DNA of 64,000 nucleotides from the NCBI GenBank assembly GCA_020536535.1, contig JAHLWZ010000626.1, forward strand, positions 1 through 64,000. The letters run 5' to 3'. Both the position numbers and the translations under genes were made by a program. Of this stretch, positions 21,442-35,141 are shown piece after piece. Within the stretch, counting starts at the first letter, position 1. Each line of letters begins with the position of its first letter. Source of the DNA: Pelomyxa schiedti. Taxonomy: Eukaryota > Protista > Evosea. Under the pieces are notes generated by a model. The model ran no database searches, was not told the DNA's origin, and was given only the letters and a program-made list of their open reading frames with translations.

Positions 21442-24275
21442 ATGGACACGGCGAAAGGCGATGATGGGACGGCGGTGGCGACGAAGACCAACGAGGGGGT
21501 GATTGTCTCGAGTGATGGAGAGACACTGAGGGTTGGGGAAGAGGGCCCTTTGTTGATTGAGGACTTTGTGTTCAGGGAGAAGTTAACTCACTTTGACCAC
21601 GAGGTGGGTCTTGGGGAATACCATGCCAACAAGCAATTTCGTTTTTGCCCTGGATTGGATTGGATCGATTCGAGTTGAATTGAAAATGCGGGGAAGATTC
21701 ACTCTCATGTGAGTGGGTCCAAGCTTTTTGATTCTCTCCCTTGTAGAGAATTCCAGAGAGAGTTGTGCATGCAAGGGGCTCGGGAGCACATGGATATTTT
21801 GAACCAGTGGAAGGAGCTTCTAAAGTTTGCAAGGCTGCTTTCTTGAAATCACAAAGCAAGACTCCTGTGTTTGTGCGTTTTTCTCAAGCTGTGGGAAGCA
21901 GAGGCTCACCAGATACTCTGAGAGATGTTCGTGGATTTGCTGGTAAGCTCTCCTTTGTATCTTCCCTCCTCCGAAGCTTATGCTTGATACAGTCAAGTTC
22001 TATACCAGTGAAGGAAACTATGACATAGTTGGAAATAATTTTCCCGTTTTTGTGATACAAGCAAGCATTGAAGTTAAATACTTTGGCTTCTTAATCATCT
22101 TCCTCAGGATCCTATGAAATTTCCCGATTTTGTTCATGCTAATCGTCCTGAACCAAACAGCGAGATTCCAAATAACTCTAGTGCACATGCAACTTTCTGG
22201 GATTTCGTGGTGAACACACCCGAGTCAGCACATCACGTACTGTGGTATGCCTCGATTTATTTATGAAACTTTCCTACATAAAACCCAGGCAAATGTCAGA
22301 CCGCGCACTTCCCAGAAGTTACAGGATGATGGAAGGGTAATTACTATTTGGGCAATTTATGGTTTATTTATACTCATATGCAGATTCGGAATCAATTCTT
22401 TTTACATACAAAATGATGAAGTTGTCCACCTCAACTTAAGTTTTACTATTTACATACAAATAGGGTAAAAGGTTTGTTGCCAAGTTCGTTTTTAAACCGC
22501 TTCTTGGTTCACACTCACTTGTTTGGTACACCCTCGTTCTCCGATATTGGCATAATCTTCACTCAGGGATGAAGCGCAAAAGCTTGCAGGACATGACCCA
22601 GATTTCTTGAGACGGGACTTGTGGGAAGCTATTGAACAAGAAAACTGGCCAGGCATTACTCAGTACTGGAATCGACTTCTTACTTTTGTTGTAGAGTACT
22701 CTTTTGGTGCCCAACTTATCTCTGAGGAAGAAGCACCAAATTTCCCTATTGACATTCTGGATCCTACAAAATTGTGGCCGGAAGAATTAGTGCCAGTCAC
22801 ACCTCTAGGGAAATTAGTATTGAACAGAAACCCAACAGACTTCTTTGCAGAAACTGAGCAAGTTGCTTTTTGTCCAGCTAACATTGTGCCTGGGATCGAC
22901 TTCACTGATGATCCAATTTTACAAGGTAATTTAACACAGGCTGCAGTTCCATTTAAGCCACAATTCAGGTCGACTATTCTCCTATTTGGATACACAACTT
23001 TCAAGATTTGGTGGCCCAAACTTTACCCAGATACCCATCAACAGACCTCTTGTTCCCGTTCATAATAACCAGCGTGGAGGATTCCATCAAATGGCAATTA
23101 AATCTGGCCGTGTAGCCTATTCCAACAACACAATCTGTGCGGATAAACCAACTCCCTCTAGCCAGCTGGGGTTTGTGACGCACCCCACACAAGTTTCCGG
23201 ACCAAAAGTACCACCTTTACTATACTTCCTCATCTGATCATCTTAGTTACGAATCAAGCCAAAGAAGTTTGGAGATTATTTCAGTCAAGCTGAGGTGTTT
23301 TGGAATAGTCAATCCCCTGTAGAGCAAGCACATATTATCACCGCATTTGGATTTGAATTGGGAATGATAGACCCTCCTCTTCGTCTCGCTGTAATCGAAC
23401 TTCTCGAAAAGGTACAACTTATCCTTATGTCATTTATCCTAATTCAAACTCAGGTGAGTCCTGACCTTGCCCACAAGGTTGCAAGAGCTGTGGGGGCCCC
23501 ATATAATGTCTTTGAACCGAAGCTTGCGTCTAGTCCTGTGTTCACGTCATTATCTTTGCTACCGTCCCTGCCTCAACCACTCAAGTTTGTTCTTTTCCAA
23601 TTTTTCATCCGCCTAGTGCCCTGACCTTTCGATTCTTATAGAACCATGAAAGTGTGCCTTCTTATTGGCAACGGGTTCGTGCAGCAGCAACACTCGCTAC
23701 TTCTTTCCGTTCTAACACGGCTGGGAACAACCCCCGTCACCATCACTGCTGCCCCGCAAACGGTTTCCACACAACAGATAACAGCCAGCGTTACACCAGT
23801 GTCATCAGCCAGTGTTCAGATGTACTACAGCAGCCTGGTCACAGCCAAGTCCACAATGTTTGATGCTGTGTGTATCCCTGGAGGATCCGGGATTGATGTA
23901 CTGATGGGAATGGCACTAGCGAGGTTTGTTCTGACACTATACAAACACCACAGCAACTATCAAACACTCGCACAATCAAAAACCAACATAAACCGCATAC
24001 ACAGGCAATTCGTTGAGGAAGCTTTCACACACTACAAGCCTATCATTGCTCTGGGAGATGGAATCAAGCTACTCACAGGCCTCCCAGACTATGTGGCAAG
24101 AGCCGGCCTTGCTCCCACTCCTTCAAAGCTTGCCCCATCAGTGATGCAGCCACGTGGAATAGTTGAGAGCCATGGAGTATTTACTTGTGCTGATGTGTCC
24201 GCTATCCCAGAGTCTGAGTTAAGTGCCGCTGTAATGACTACACTATCACAGTGGAGGCACTGGGACAGGATTTGA
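21442..24275 (+). CDS. katE: Large-subunit (clade 2, HPII/KatE-type) heme catalase with a C-terminal DJ-1/flavodoxin-like domain; about 13 introns
   Basis: FDHE|[18 protein letters not shown]; VFVRFS; RDVRGFA|[15 protein letters not shown]; LQG|RLFSYLDTQ; [12 protein letters not shown]; [12 protein letters not shown]; ends RHWDRI. Confidence 0.95.
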
Positions 24276-24339
24276 ATTTGCAAGGATACCAACTAAGAAC
24301 CCGGAAACCAGAATGAAGTGAACATAATAAATAGTCCTG

Positions 24340-25591
24340 TTACGATTTCCACATGAGGAGCTCTACTTGTGATTGTGTGAGAGGTGTTAGAGTGAAGTAC
24401 AGGGAACGCATGGTGCCGTTGAGCTCACGATCGCTGCCATCGGCCTTCCATCCGATATGCCATGATTTATGTGGGGGGTCGTTGTGCTGGAGGTTGAGAG
24501 CCGACTGGTCCTGAATATTGTGTAAAGTTTCTGAGGAGGACCTCACGCCGTTAATCCATGTGCTAAGGGTAGCAGTTTCACGATTCCAAACAAAGGCCTA
24601 ATGTGTTCACTTGGTTAGGATTCTAAAGTTAAAGAACGGTACCAAATGCACCCATTTGTGCAATGGGATGGTATTTGGGCAACAGGTGCCAATCAGGCCT
24701 TGTTCAGGGTCGCTGCCATATCCACAGCGTGACCGTGCCCCAAGTGGTGTATTCCAAAAATCTTTCCTAAGAGAGCAAAATGGTCTTCCTTGGGCAACTC
24801 CTGTGTTGAAAACCCAAGAAGCTGCCCAGTCGGCAAGAATGTAGTTGTACTCGGAAAAGTACCTGAATTTCAGCCTAGGGGATGTCATAATGCATGACAA
24901 GAACATGAGGACAAACCATGTGGCGATAGTGAAACTGCTCTTTTCAAATGGTTGAGCTGGAATTTCTGCATACGCATACCTATCTACGAGGAGAAGACCC
25001 TCGTTGGTAAAAGAAGCAGTTCCATGGAGTTTGACCTCATTGGCACCATGCTTATCCCCACACATTACCCAGTTTTTCCCTTCTGGGGCATTTGGAAGTG
25101 CTGCCGCCCATCTTCTCATGGCATCATGAAGTGCGTGAGAAACTCGGGATAATAAGACCATCTCTTTAGGAGATAGGAAAGATGACAGAGTATCCATTAT
25201 GACAGGGCAGGAAATTACAGCCTCTGCACCCATGCACTCTGAAGAGGGGCCCATTTCTAATTGACGTTTCAGTTCAGTGAATCCTTGCATCAGCTTCGAT
25301 GATGTCTCCAATTTCACATTGATCTCTCCAAATGCGAATGGTGTGAGATCACAGAGCTCCTATGGAGTTACTTAAGAGTTGCGATAAATTATTATCCATT
25401 TTTTGAGAACAAGAAAAGCATACATCGATGGATTTGTCTCTAAGTAGGTCGTACACTGAAACAGACATGAGAAGCTCTTTCATTTGTTTACGTTTCTTGA
25501 ATAAATAAAGGTTAGAGCCAGATGCGAATGCATGGAAAAAAACATGGTACTCCCGCAAAGCCTCAGTAGTGGTATCCATAGACGACTGCAT
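24340..25591 (-). CDS. F-box-like + LamG/concanavalin A-like domain protein
   Basis: ILxxFLSPKEMVLLSRVS-like F-box segment; SFTIATW; KWVHL|AFVWN...TWING; WHIG...LNGTMRSLYFTLTPLTQSQV. Confidence 0.65.
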
Positions 25592-25731
25592 AGATCTGGA
25601 GAAAAGTATCAAATACCGTAACACCGTAGTATTGTTTATTTTCTGTGTTGGCGTCCAGGCTCCCGCTGTGTTTTTTTGTTTAATTGCGTTTTCTACCGTA
25701 CTTCAGACGAAGAAGGTGCTGTGATGTTTGC

Positions 25732-25746
25732 ACCCATAATTGTGAC
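25732..25746 (+). promoter_or_regulatory. DUSE-like ncRNA upstream element (ACCCATAATTGTGAC)
   Basis: 14/15 identical to 19208-19222; about 70 nt upstream of a box C motif. Confidence 0.6.
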
Positions 25747-25799
25747 TCGAGGCACAGTTCCGAGTGTAACGGTTCAAAGGGTTGCCGGTTTCGTGTAAG

Positions 25800-25965
25800 G
25801 AAATGTGATGACAACAAAAGCGCATAATTCCATAATGTTTCACCCAGTTTGACGATGAATTCCACGCACAACAAAGTCTATTGGCTTTGGTTGCGTGGAA
25901 CCTCGTTGGCTGGGGCATGTTGGTGATTAAAAATGAGTTAGTTTTCAATCTGATATTGTTTTTTT
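25800..25965 (+). ncRNA. Box C/D snoRNA-like RNA (~155 nt) with a long internal hairpin
   Basis: Box C GTGATGA at 25805-25811; box D CTGA at 25950-25953; short terminal stem AATG/TATT; T7 run at 25959-25965; internal stem CCCAGTT..TTCCACGCA..AAAGTC/GGCTTT..TGCGTGGAA..GGCTGGG. Confidence 0.7.
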
Positions 25966-26004
25966 GTTAATAAGTCTATATCCACAAACAAAAGCTGGCT
26001 ACTC

Positions 26005-28622
26005 CTACATCCCCAGGAAGTTGGTGAGATCCGTCAATATTTGCTGAAATTTGGGTCTTGTAGTGAATTGAGTTAGTCCTGGCTTTCAGGGAAGAGGAAA
26101 AACTCAAAATACCTGTTGTTAGGATCATGGTGCCAACAGGCCGAAATGAGGTTTCTTATTTGACTTGGAACACTGGGGGGAATAGGCAAACGGGCCTTCC
26201 TGTCAACAACAAAAGTAATGATTTCGCCTTTTTCCATGCCCGCAAACAATTCCAGCTGTGTTGCGAGTTCCCAGAGTACAACTCTATGCACATGTGTTAT
26301 TCGAATTTTTTTTTTTTTTTTTTTTTTTTGGAAGCTTTCTTACCCATAGCTGTATACATCGCACTTGGGAGTATAGTGAATTTTGTTGGCACCTGGAAGC
26401 GCAAGAAGCTCAGGCGCCATATATTCCAGTGTGCCACCAAACTCAGAAACATCTTCAATACTGAGGGATGTCATGAAATTCTGGGAGCCTGAGAAAGAGA
26501 AAGCATCTCTGCGAAGTGAAGAAAACCCAAAGTCACCTGAAAACAAGATAAGGTCCATGATGGAGGAAAAGGGGAGTCAAACCAATTTTAGCATGGAGAT
26601 CGGAGGTGATAAATATATTGGAGGCCTTAAAATCCCTATTATCAACATGGTGAGGGGCAAAACGCTAAGGTAAACGCAATTACCTATGCAACACAGTTGG
26701 ATTATTACAGTGCAAGTAGTTCATCCCTAGAGCAATCTCTCTGGCAATTCGCATCCGTTTGTCAAATGAAAGATCCTACAAAGGTAAATTACTTCTTTAG
26801 AAAATAAAATGAAGTGTGCCATTACCCGCTGTTTTTTCAGCACGTCGCTCAGTGAACCAAGTTCCACGAACTCCATTATCAGAGCTATATTGAAGGGTAC
26901 ACTCTCATCACCTAAATTCCTGGTCAGTGATACACCCTGTGTCAGCAGTTAAGACAATGGAATTTTGTTCTTTCCACATTACGATAAATTGGCAGATGTT
27001 AGGGTGTCTTAGTTTAGCCATGATAGAAATTTCTTGACAGAAACTTCTTAACTCTTGGTGGTCACCTAAAGGATGTGACACCAGTTTAAGAATAGCCACG
27101 TACCCATACTTGCTCTCAGGTCTACTTCTATCTGCTTTACTGCAACTCTAAGTCCTCGGAATTTAGCTTGGTAAACTATGCCAGCCGCTCCAGTGCTTCA
27201 TATCGATCAGAAGAAATAAGAGGATAATGGAAGGCTCACCCAATCTTTGGACCTAGGATGATTTCCTCCCATGGAATAGAAGTTATGCTACTATGAACTT
27301 CACCTTGTAACAACTTCCTCACAACATTCTCGGCCGCTGAGAACTGAAATAAGACAATGTTTAATATTCTTGTCATCATACCATGAGTGTTCTGTGAAAC
27401 TGTCTAAAGTTATATTTCTAACATAAAGGTTACTTCAAAATACCTATTTCCTTTTCAGCCAGAGGAATACCCTTATTTTCAAATCTACTACTACTGGAAG
27501 GAAGCCAATGATATGTGATTACTTGAACAAAGCAAGGGACAACTTCACCACTGAGGTAGTATACTAGTAACCACGCAAACGACTTTGTGAAGTCGTCTGG
27601 GTCATGATAGTAGTCATCTGTGCAGTGTTTATTTCGTGAGAGAGAGGCAGATGTAAACCAATTAGTGTAAATCTATGGCCACCACCCTCATCAGCATCCG
27701 ATTCAATGCAAGTTGTGGGTAAAAGTAACAAGATGGAACGAAAAATACAGCACACAACAACAATAATCCCGCATACGAACAGCATCCAGTAAGCCTATTG
27801 CACTGTGAGAGATTATCGTACTGCAAAAAAGAAACTGTTCTATTAGACAAGGGAAAACCAATAGTATTGTATTCCCTGCGTTTCTTTAGTAAGACAAGGG
27901 AAATAGCTGTATTTTCGTCTGTTAGAAAAAAAGGTGTACAAAGGATAACTCTCACCTACACCAATGCAAAAAAATATGATCCCAAGAAATAGAGTAGCAG
28001 TAACTTGCACCATGCTTCTGCAGAAGATAAACAACTAAAATAGAGATCGACACAAAACCTTGACAAGAAAGTTTCTAACAAACTGTCAATCCAAAAGAGG
28101 ATCATGAATGTGATATAGGAGAAGCTGTTACATGCAATCAAGATTTTCCCAAGTTTGTTTAATCTCGGAATTAAATGTGCGTGGGGTAATGCCTGGTAGA
28201 AAGCTACACTGGCTTAGGTGCAAGATAAGATTTTTGTTTGAAAAATCATACTATTGTCTTCATAGACTCTATAAAACTGCAGATTAAGGATTTAAGCAAG
28301 GTAATAAACAAAATCCGCATACATAAATAGTAAGAATACTGAAGTACAGCATTGAAGGTGTAGTGTCTAAAATATGTACGCAAATGAAGGGTCACACAAT
28401 ATTTTTAAGAGAAAGAGCAACAATGAAAGGTGTAAGGATATCAGATGGCATTGGTTTGCGCCCAGTATCACTAAAAGCAAGGGAAAAGCATGCAACTCTC
28501 ACTATTAACAGTATTGAGCACTCACTGGAAGTAGAAATTGGCATCACTACCCATGCACAATACAATACAAAATCCCAGCAACAAATTTCTGTGCTTCTTG
28601 CCACAACGCAAGGCATGCACAA
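26005..28622 (-). CDS. Multi-pass (7TM-like) membrane domain fused to a TKL-family protein kinase
   Basis: Successive hydrophobic exons at 27500-28620, then IG|TGAAGIVYQAKFRGLRVAVK, FCQEISIMAKLRHPNICQFI, DFG, GTLEYMAPE, KCDVYSYG, CWHHDPNNRP. Confidence 0.8.
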
Positions 28623-28943
28623 TTGCTGCCACTATTCCAACAAACGAATACGAAACCTAAATAACAGGAAAACAGGATAAAAGAAACAACTACAGTGTTA
28701 ATGAAAGTAAGTCAAACAAAGAGGGAAAAAAAAAGGGGGTGCACAATCAAAGTCGTAACGACGGTACTAAACTTCATGCGTTTTTTTCTTATTGTTTTGA
28801 GTTTTTCCTCCTTTTTTCCGTTTTGTCCACTAGTAGACAACTTGGGTGTGTGGAATGTGATGGCTGATTTCAGATTGTAGATGGTGATTTTGGTGGGTTC
28901 TGTACGGAACGGACACGGGAGTGTGTGAGTGTATGAGAGTATT

Positions 28944-30802
<1,859 letters not shown>

Positions 30803-31049
30803 CTCACGGGCCCGATTTTTTTTCCTCTGTTTTTTTGTTTGTCGAACTGCTTTTTTGGGGAAACGGAAAAACGAGGTACGGGAAATTCAAAGGGCCGTGT
30901 GTCGATTGCCGCGTGAGGTCTTTCTTTCGAAAGAATAGAAATCACATGTGGCATGTGTTTGCAAAAAAATAAGAATGTGCAGTTTTTACACCATAGATGT
31001 TCAGTCATTTCTCTCCTCCCCCCGCAGTTGTGTGTACCTGTTAACTGGT

Positions 31050-31480
31050 TCACCAGAGCGGCACCCTCTCACCCCCTGTGCGCCTGGGCCGGGTTATGCA
31101 CTTGAGTAGGGCAATCCCGCCTGCAGCACCAACAAGCAGAACACCGAGTGCAACCAGAATGTACCACTTGGCATTCATCCCATCACTGCTGCTATCATCA
31201 TCACCATGACTACTGCTTTGATGCTCAGTGATCCCAACAGTAATGGTTGCATAACCCAAAACATCACCAGTCTGGGGCAAGGGTAAAAATGACTCATGAC
31301 TCGTACGAATGTTCAGCCTCTGCCCTCCATATCGACGTACCTTTTCACGTGTATTGTCTGGGAAGGAAAACTCAAAAAAAGTAAAACTCACTTGCTTAGT
31401 AACAAAACTTTTTTGTAAATAAAATGGAGAAAGTGGAGGTACAACCAAAATACGCGGAGCTAGCTGTCACTGCAGAGAGC
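31050..31480 (-). CDS. Small single-pass membrane protein (hypothetical; 5' end unclear)
   Basis: WYILVALGVLLVGAAGGIALLKC transmembrane segment followed by a basic tail. Confidence 0.4.
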
Positions 31481-32023
31481 AGAGACAAAACGTAAGAGTT
31501 TGTCGTGTGTGCTTAATTGTGTTCAGAAGCACATGGTCTTAAATGACTGAAACAGGCTTGTTGAGTTACTTGCAAATATGTGTGGGGTAACTCTTGTATT
31601 TGTGAAGAGGCAGGCCCAGGTGGAACTCCAGAGGACGCTGATGGAAGCAGGAATCTCCGGCGTCGTGCGCTTGCACGACTCGATACAGGTTTGCATGTTC
31701 TTACTGTGAAATCACACTTCAGCGGCACTCATTGTTTTTCCAGAGCATTCCAACAGACGGCCGGCCCACTATTCTACTATCATGGGAAGAAGATACGGTC
31801 TCCAATCTTGCTATTTCCCCCATAAGTCAGATTATACACTATGACTTGCCGTCATCGCATTTGGAGCGGAACAGAAGGGAAGCTTGTGGAAGCCACGAGA
31901 CAACCATAATCAATTTCCGTCTTCAGATGAAGGCAATCCCTTATCCCTTTTCTTCTTTGTCATACTCTATTACTCCCCGCTATTAATCCTACTCATTCCC
32001 ATCATTTCATTTTTCCCCGCTCA

Positions 32024-33050
32024 GGTTCCTCCCACAATCGGAAGCAGCGCCTCTTCTTCGCCCTCATCGAATTCCGACGTCGCTGGAGCCACAACAAAAA
32101 GTTTCACAGGCAACGCTGCTTCAGAGAGGCCACAACTGTCCCACAATTGCGCGGCGCCAACGCCCACCCCCCCGAGTGCCGNNNNNNNNNNNNNNNNNNN
32201 NNNNNNNNNNNNNNNNNNNNNNNNNNNNNNNNNNNNNNNNNNNNNNNNNNNNNNNNNNNNNNNNNNNNNNNNNNNNNNNNNCCCTCATCGAATTCCGACG
32301 TCGCTGGAGCCACAACAAAAAGTTTCACAGGCAACGCTGCTTCAGAGAGGCCACAACTGTCCCACAATTGCGCGGCGCCAACGCCCACCCCCCCGAGTGC
32401 CGAGTCACCCGAATGGTTTGAAAGCATTAGGAAGACAACGCAGGAACTCGACTTGGTCGAGCGCATCTTCTCCGAGAAAAAGGCAAAAATCAAGGAACTC
32501 GGTGCGTGTATCTCCATCATTATTGTTTTGTTTGGTTTAACCGCTAACAACACAGGTGAGGCACTGGACAAAGAAAGGAGCCAAAACACTGCCACGAAGT
32601 CAGAAGTGCGCGAGTTAGAATCCTATGTCACGGCACTTGGTGTGTTGCTTGTGTTCACATCTACCTTCGGTGAATTCATCAGCCTTCTAGGCAATCAGCT
32701 CTCAAAGGAAAGGCTCGCTCACCAGACCATGAAGGAGGAGTTAGAATTCCAAATCAAGGGACTCAGTGAGTGTGACTTTTCCCTTCTCACCTGTGGAGGA
32801 ATTCCGTTAACAATCTTCAAGCGGCTGCTCTGACCAAGGAAAAGAGTAATCATGTTAAGACCTATGATGAGCTATGGCACACAAGGTCAGAGCTTCGCCA
32901 AGTCAGTAAGGCCAATCAGGATCTCAAAGATTGTATGAACATAAGTTTCTTGGTCCTCAGCTCATTGAAAACAGACTGCATGGGAAGGATTCACCACATG
33001 GAGGATGACCTAGAGGACATGAAGAGCCATGTCAAGAAGTCGGATCATTG
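32024..33050 (+). CDS. Hypothetical coiled-coil protein (boundaries uncertain; interrupted by a gap artefact)
   Basis: Short exons with heptad-like content (QELDLVERIFSEKKAKIKEL|EALDKERSQNTATKSEVRELE) separated by GT-AG introns. Confidence 0.45.
32061..32402. other. Assembly gap (100 N) flanked by an exact 121-bp duplication
   Basis: 32061-32181 is identical to 32282-32402. Confidence 0.9.
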
Positions 33051-33198
33051 AATGAACTCCACAAGGAAAAAAATATTTTTGGTTCTGGACCTGTAAGCCA
33101 ACTTAGTATCGAATTCCGGGTGGGAAAAGTAAACTTACCAACTTGCATTGGTTGTTCCTTTATAATGCTCGTTGTCGAAAGAAAAAACCACAACCGTA

Positions 33199-34917
33199 AT
33201 GCCACGGCACAACCAAACAAAAAAAAGTAAAAGACAAAGCACAACTCAGGAACATACACAAACAACAAGCAACATTCCAGGCAAACAAAGCACACCCACC
33301 AAAACAGACAACAAACAACAAGCCAAGGAAAGAAGAAGGAGCAAGCGCAAGCAACGCACCAGCTGGAAGACTGTCAACACAGATGACCTCCCCAACAACA
33401 CTGGAGCAACCAAAGCAAGTGCCTTGCCGTCAACACTACCAGAACCCCTGCCCATAGAGCCAAAGTACACTCTAAATATGATGGTTTCTGCACAACAGCA
33501 GTTTGTGAGTGGGTTTGGGTGCTGTGAGGTGGCCAGGTGCGGTGCCACCAGCCCTGCGAGGGTGCTGGCACACGCAGTGGTGGCCAAGATTGGCAGGAAG
33601 TGGATTCTGTCACTCAAGCACAAATTCAAAGTGGCAGTGCTTGCATCAAGGCAAAAGACTGGCAAACTCATCAATGACTACAACAAAAGTGCCTACGACG
33701 AGGCTCTCTTACGTGACCAAGACAGAAAGGTGGCTTTCGATGTGAGTTTCGGGGTGTCACTCACAGAGGGGGTCCTGCCAATCACGCCGCATGCTTCACA
33801 TGCTGATGTTCCCCTTGGTGAGAATGACAGATTGGTGGGGTCGATATCTCCCACCAAAGCTGTCATAAGNNNNNNNNNNNNNNNNNNNNNNNNNNNNNNN
33901 NNNNNNNNNNNNNNNNNNNNNNNNNNNNNNNNNNNNNNNNNNNNNNNNNNNNNNNNNNNNNNNNNNNNNTCGGGGTGTCACTCACAGAGGGGGTCCTGCC
34001 AATCACGCCGCATGCTTCACATGCTGATGTTCCCCTTGGTGAGAATGACAGATTGGTGGGGTCGATATCTCCCACCAAAGCTGTCATAAGAGCTGCTGCG
34101 TGTAGGGTTGAAAGGGTTGACAATGGATATCACTTGTTCGATATGGTAGGAGGTACACTTCAGGTGTTGGATTACAGTGACCGTGACCACCCATCGCGTG
34201 AGGTTATTGGAGCAGGCGAGGATTATCTGTGTGCGTTCTTCACACTGATACTGTGCAGTGACAAGTGGGTGGTGGAAATATGTGCTAGGGCCACCATGTC
34301 AATATGGCTTGTTTCAGAGGGTGTCATACAACCAAGGGTGACTTTCAAGGTTCCCTTTGTTTTTGATGACTATGTGTCCGACTTTGATTTTATGGTCACG
34401 GACACCAATCAATGTATTGCCAAAGGCTATGAGCTGTCGATTGTGAGCCTAGACAGTGACAACGAGCGGTGGATGAATGCCAAGCGGGATGCAGAGGGCT
34501 ATAAAAAACTCCAGTGGAAGTTCCGCCAAGTCGACATTTACAAGTCCTACGTGGAGGGGTGCTGATGACACCTGCAGGGGCAGAAGTCGGCTCGTGATCC
34601 TTTCAAACGGGGTCAAGCTGAAGCACCACATATTTAGCTCCCCGAAAGCAGGACCGATCATAAGTGACAGGTACGTTGGTGTGGCGGGCACCCATTATAA
34701 AGACAGGCAAGCGTGCAGTGTGTATGACGTGGCTGGGGCTGATGTCACTTCGCCAACTCCCCTGTATGAACTAAATGGAATCATAGAATCTGGAAAGTCG
34801 TTGATAGAGCTTGTGCAATGTGACACAGCAACCAAGCTGATGCAGATAGAGTTGAACAGCAACATTGAGTTGAAGCTGCACAGATTTGGATTACCAGCAA
34901 CAATATGGGACCCTTGA
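33199..34917 (+). CDS. Intronless hypothetical protein with a stop/frameshift near 34563
   Basis: A long open frame once the gap duplication is collapsed; continues in ORF 34477-34917; no recognisable domain. Confidence 0.4.
33749..34090. other. Assembly gap (100 N) flanked by an exact 121-bp duplication
   Basis: 33749-33869 is identical to 33970-34090. Confidence 0.9.
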
Positions 34918-35141
34918 AAGTGCTTTATGAAAAGAACATCAGCTGGATGAGATCTGTGTGAGGCCGACAGAGATTCCCGGGGCTCCAAATTCAAAGGCGA
35001 AATGAAGAACACTGTTAGCGGGACAAACCACAGATAGTGGTCTCCCACAATTTGGGGCACTCACATCGCCGTTGCCGTGCGCTTCGCGGCGCCAAGTTTT
35101 CCTCGCGTTACCCGAAAGAAAAAAGATTTCATTTTTTTTTT

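Noticed and set aside
32061-34090. Direct repeats flanking both N-runs, resembling LTRs or target-site duplications
   Set aside because: Both are exactly 121 bp, identical, and abut 100-N gaps. This is the signature of unmerged contig overlaps, and collapsing them restores the reading frames.
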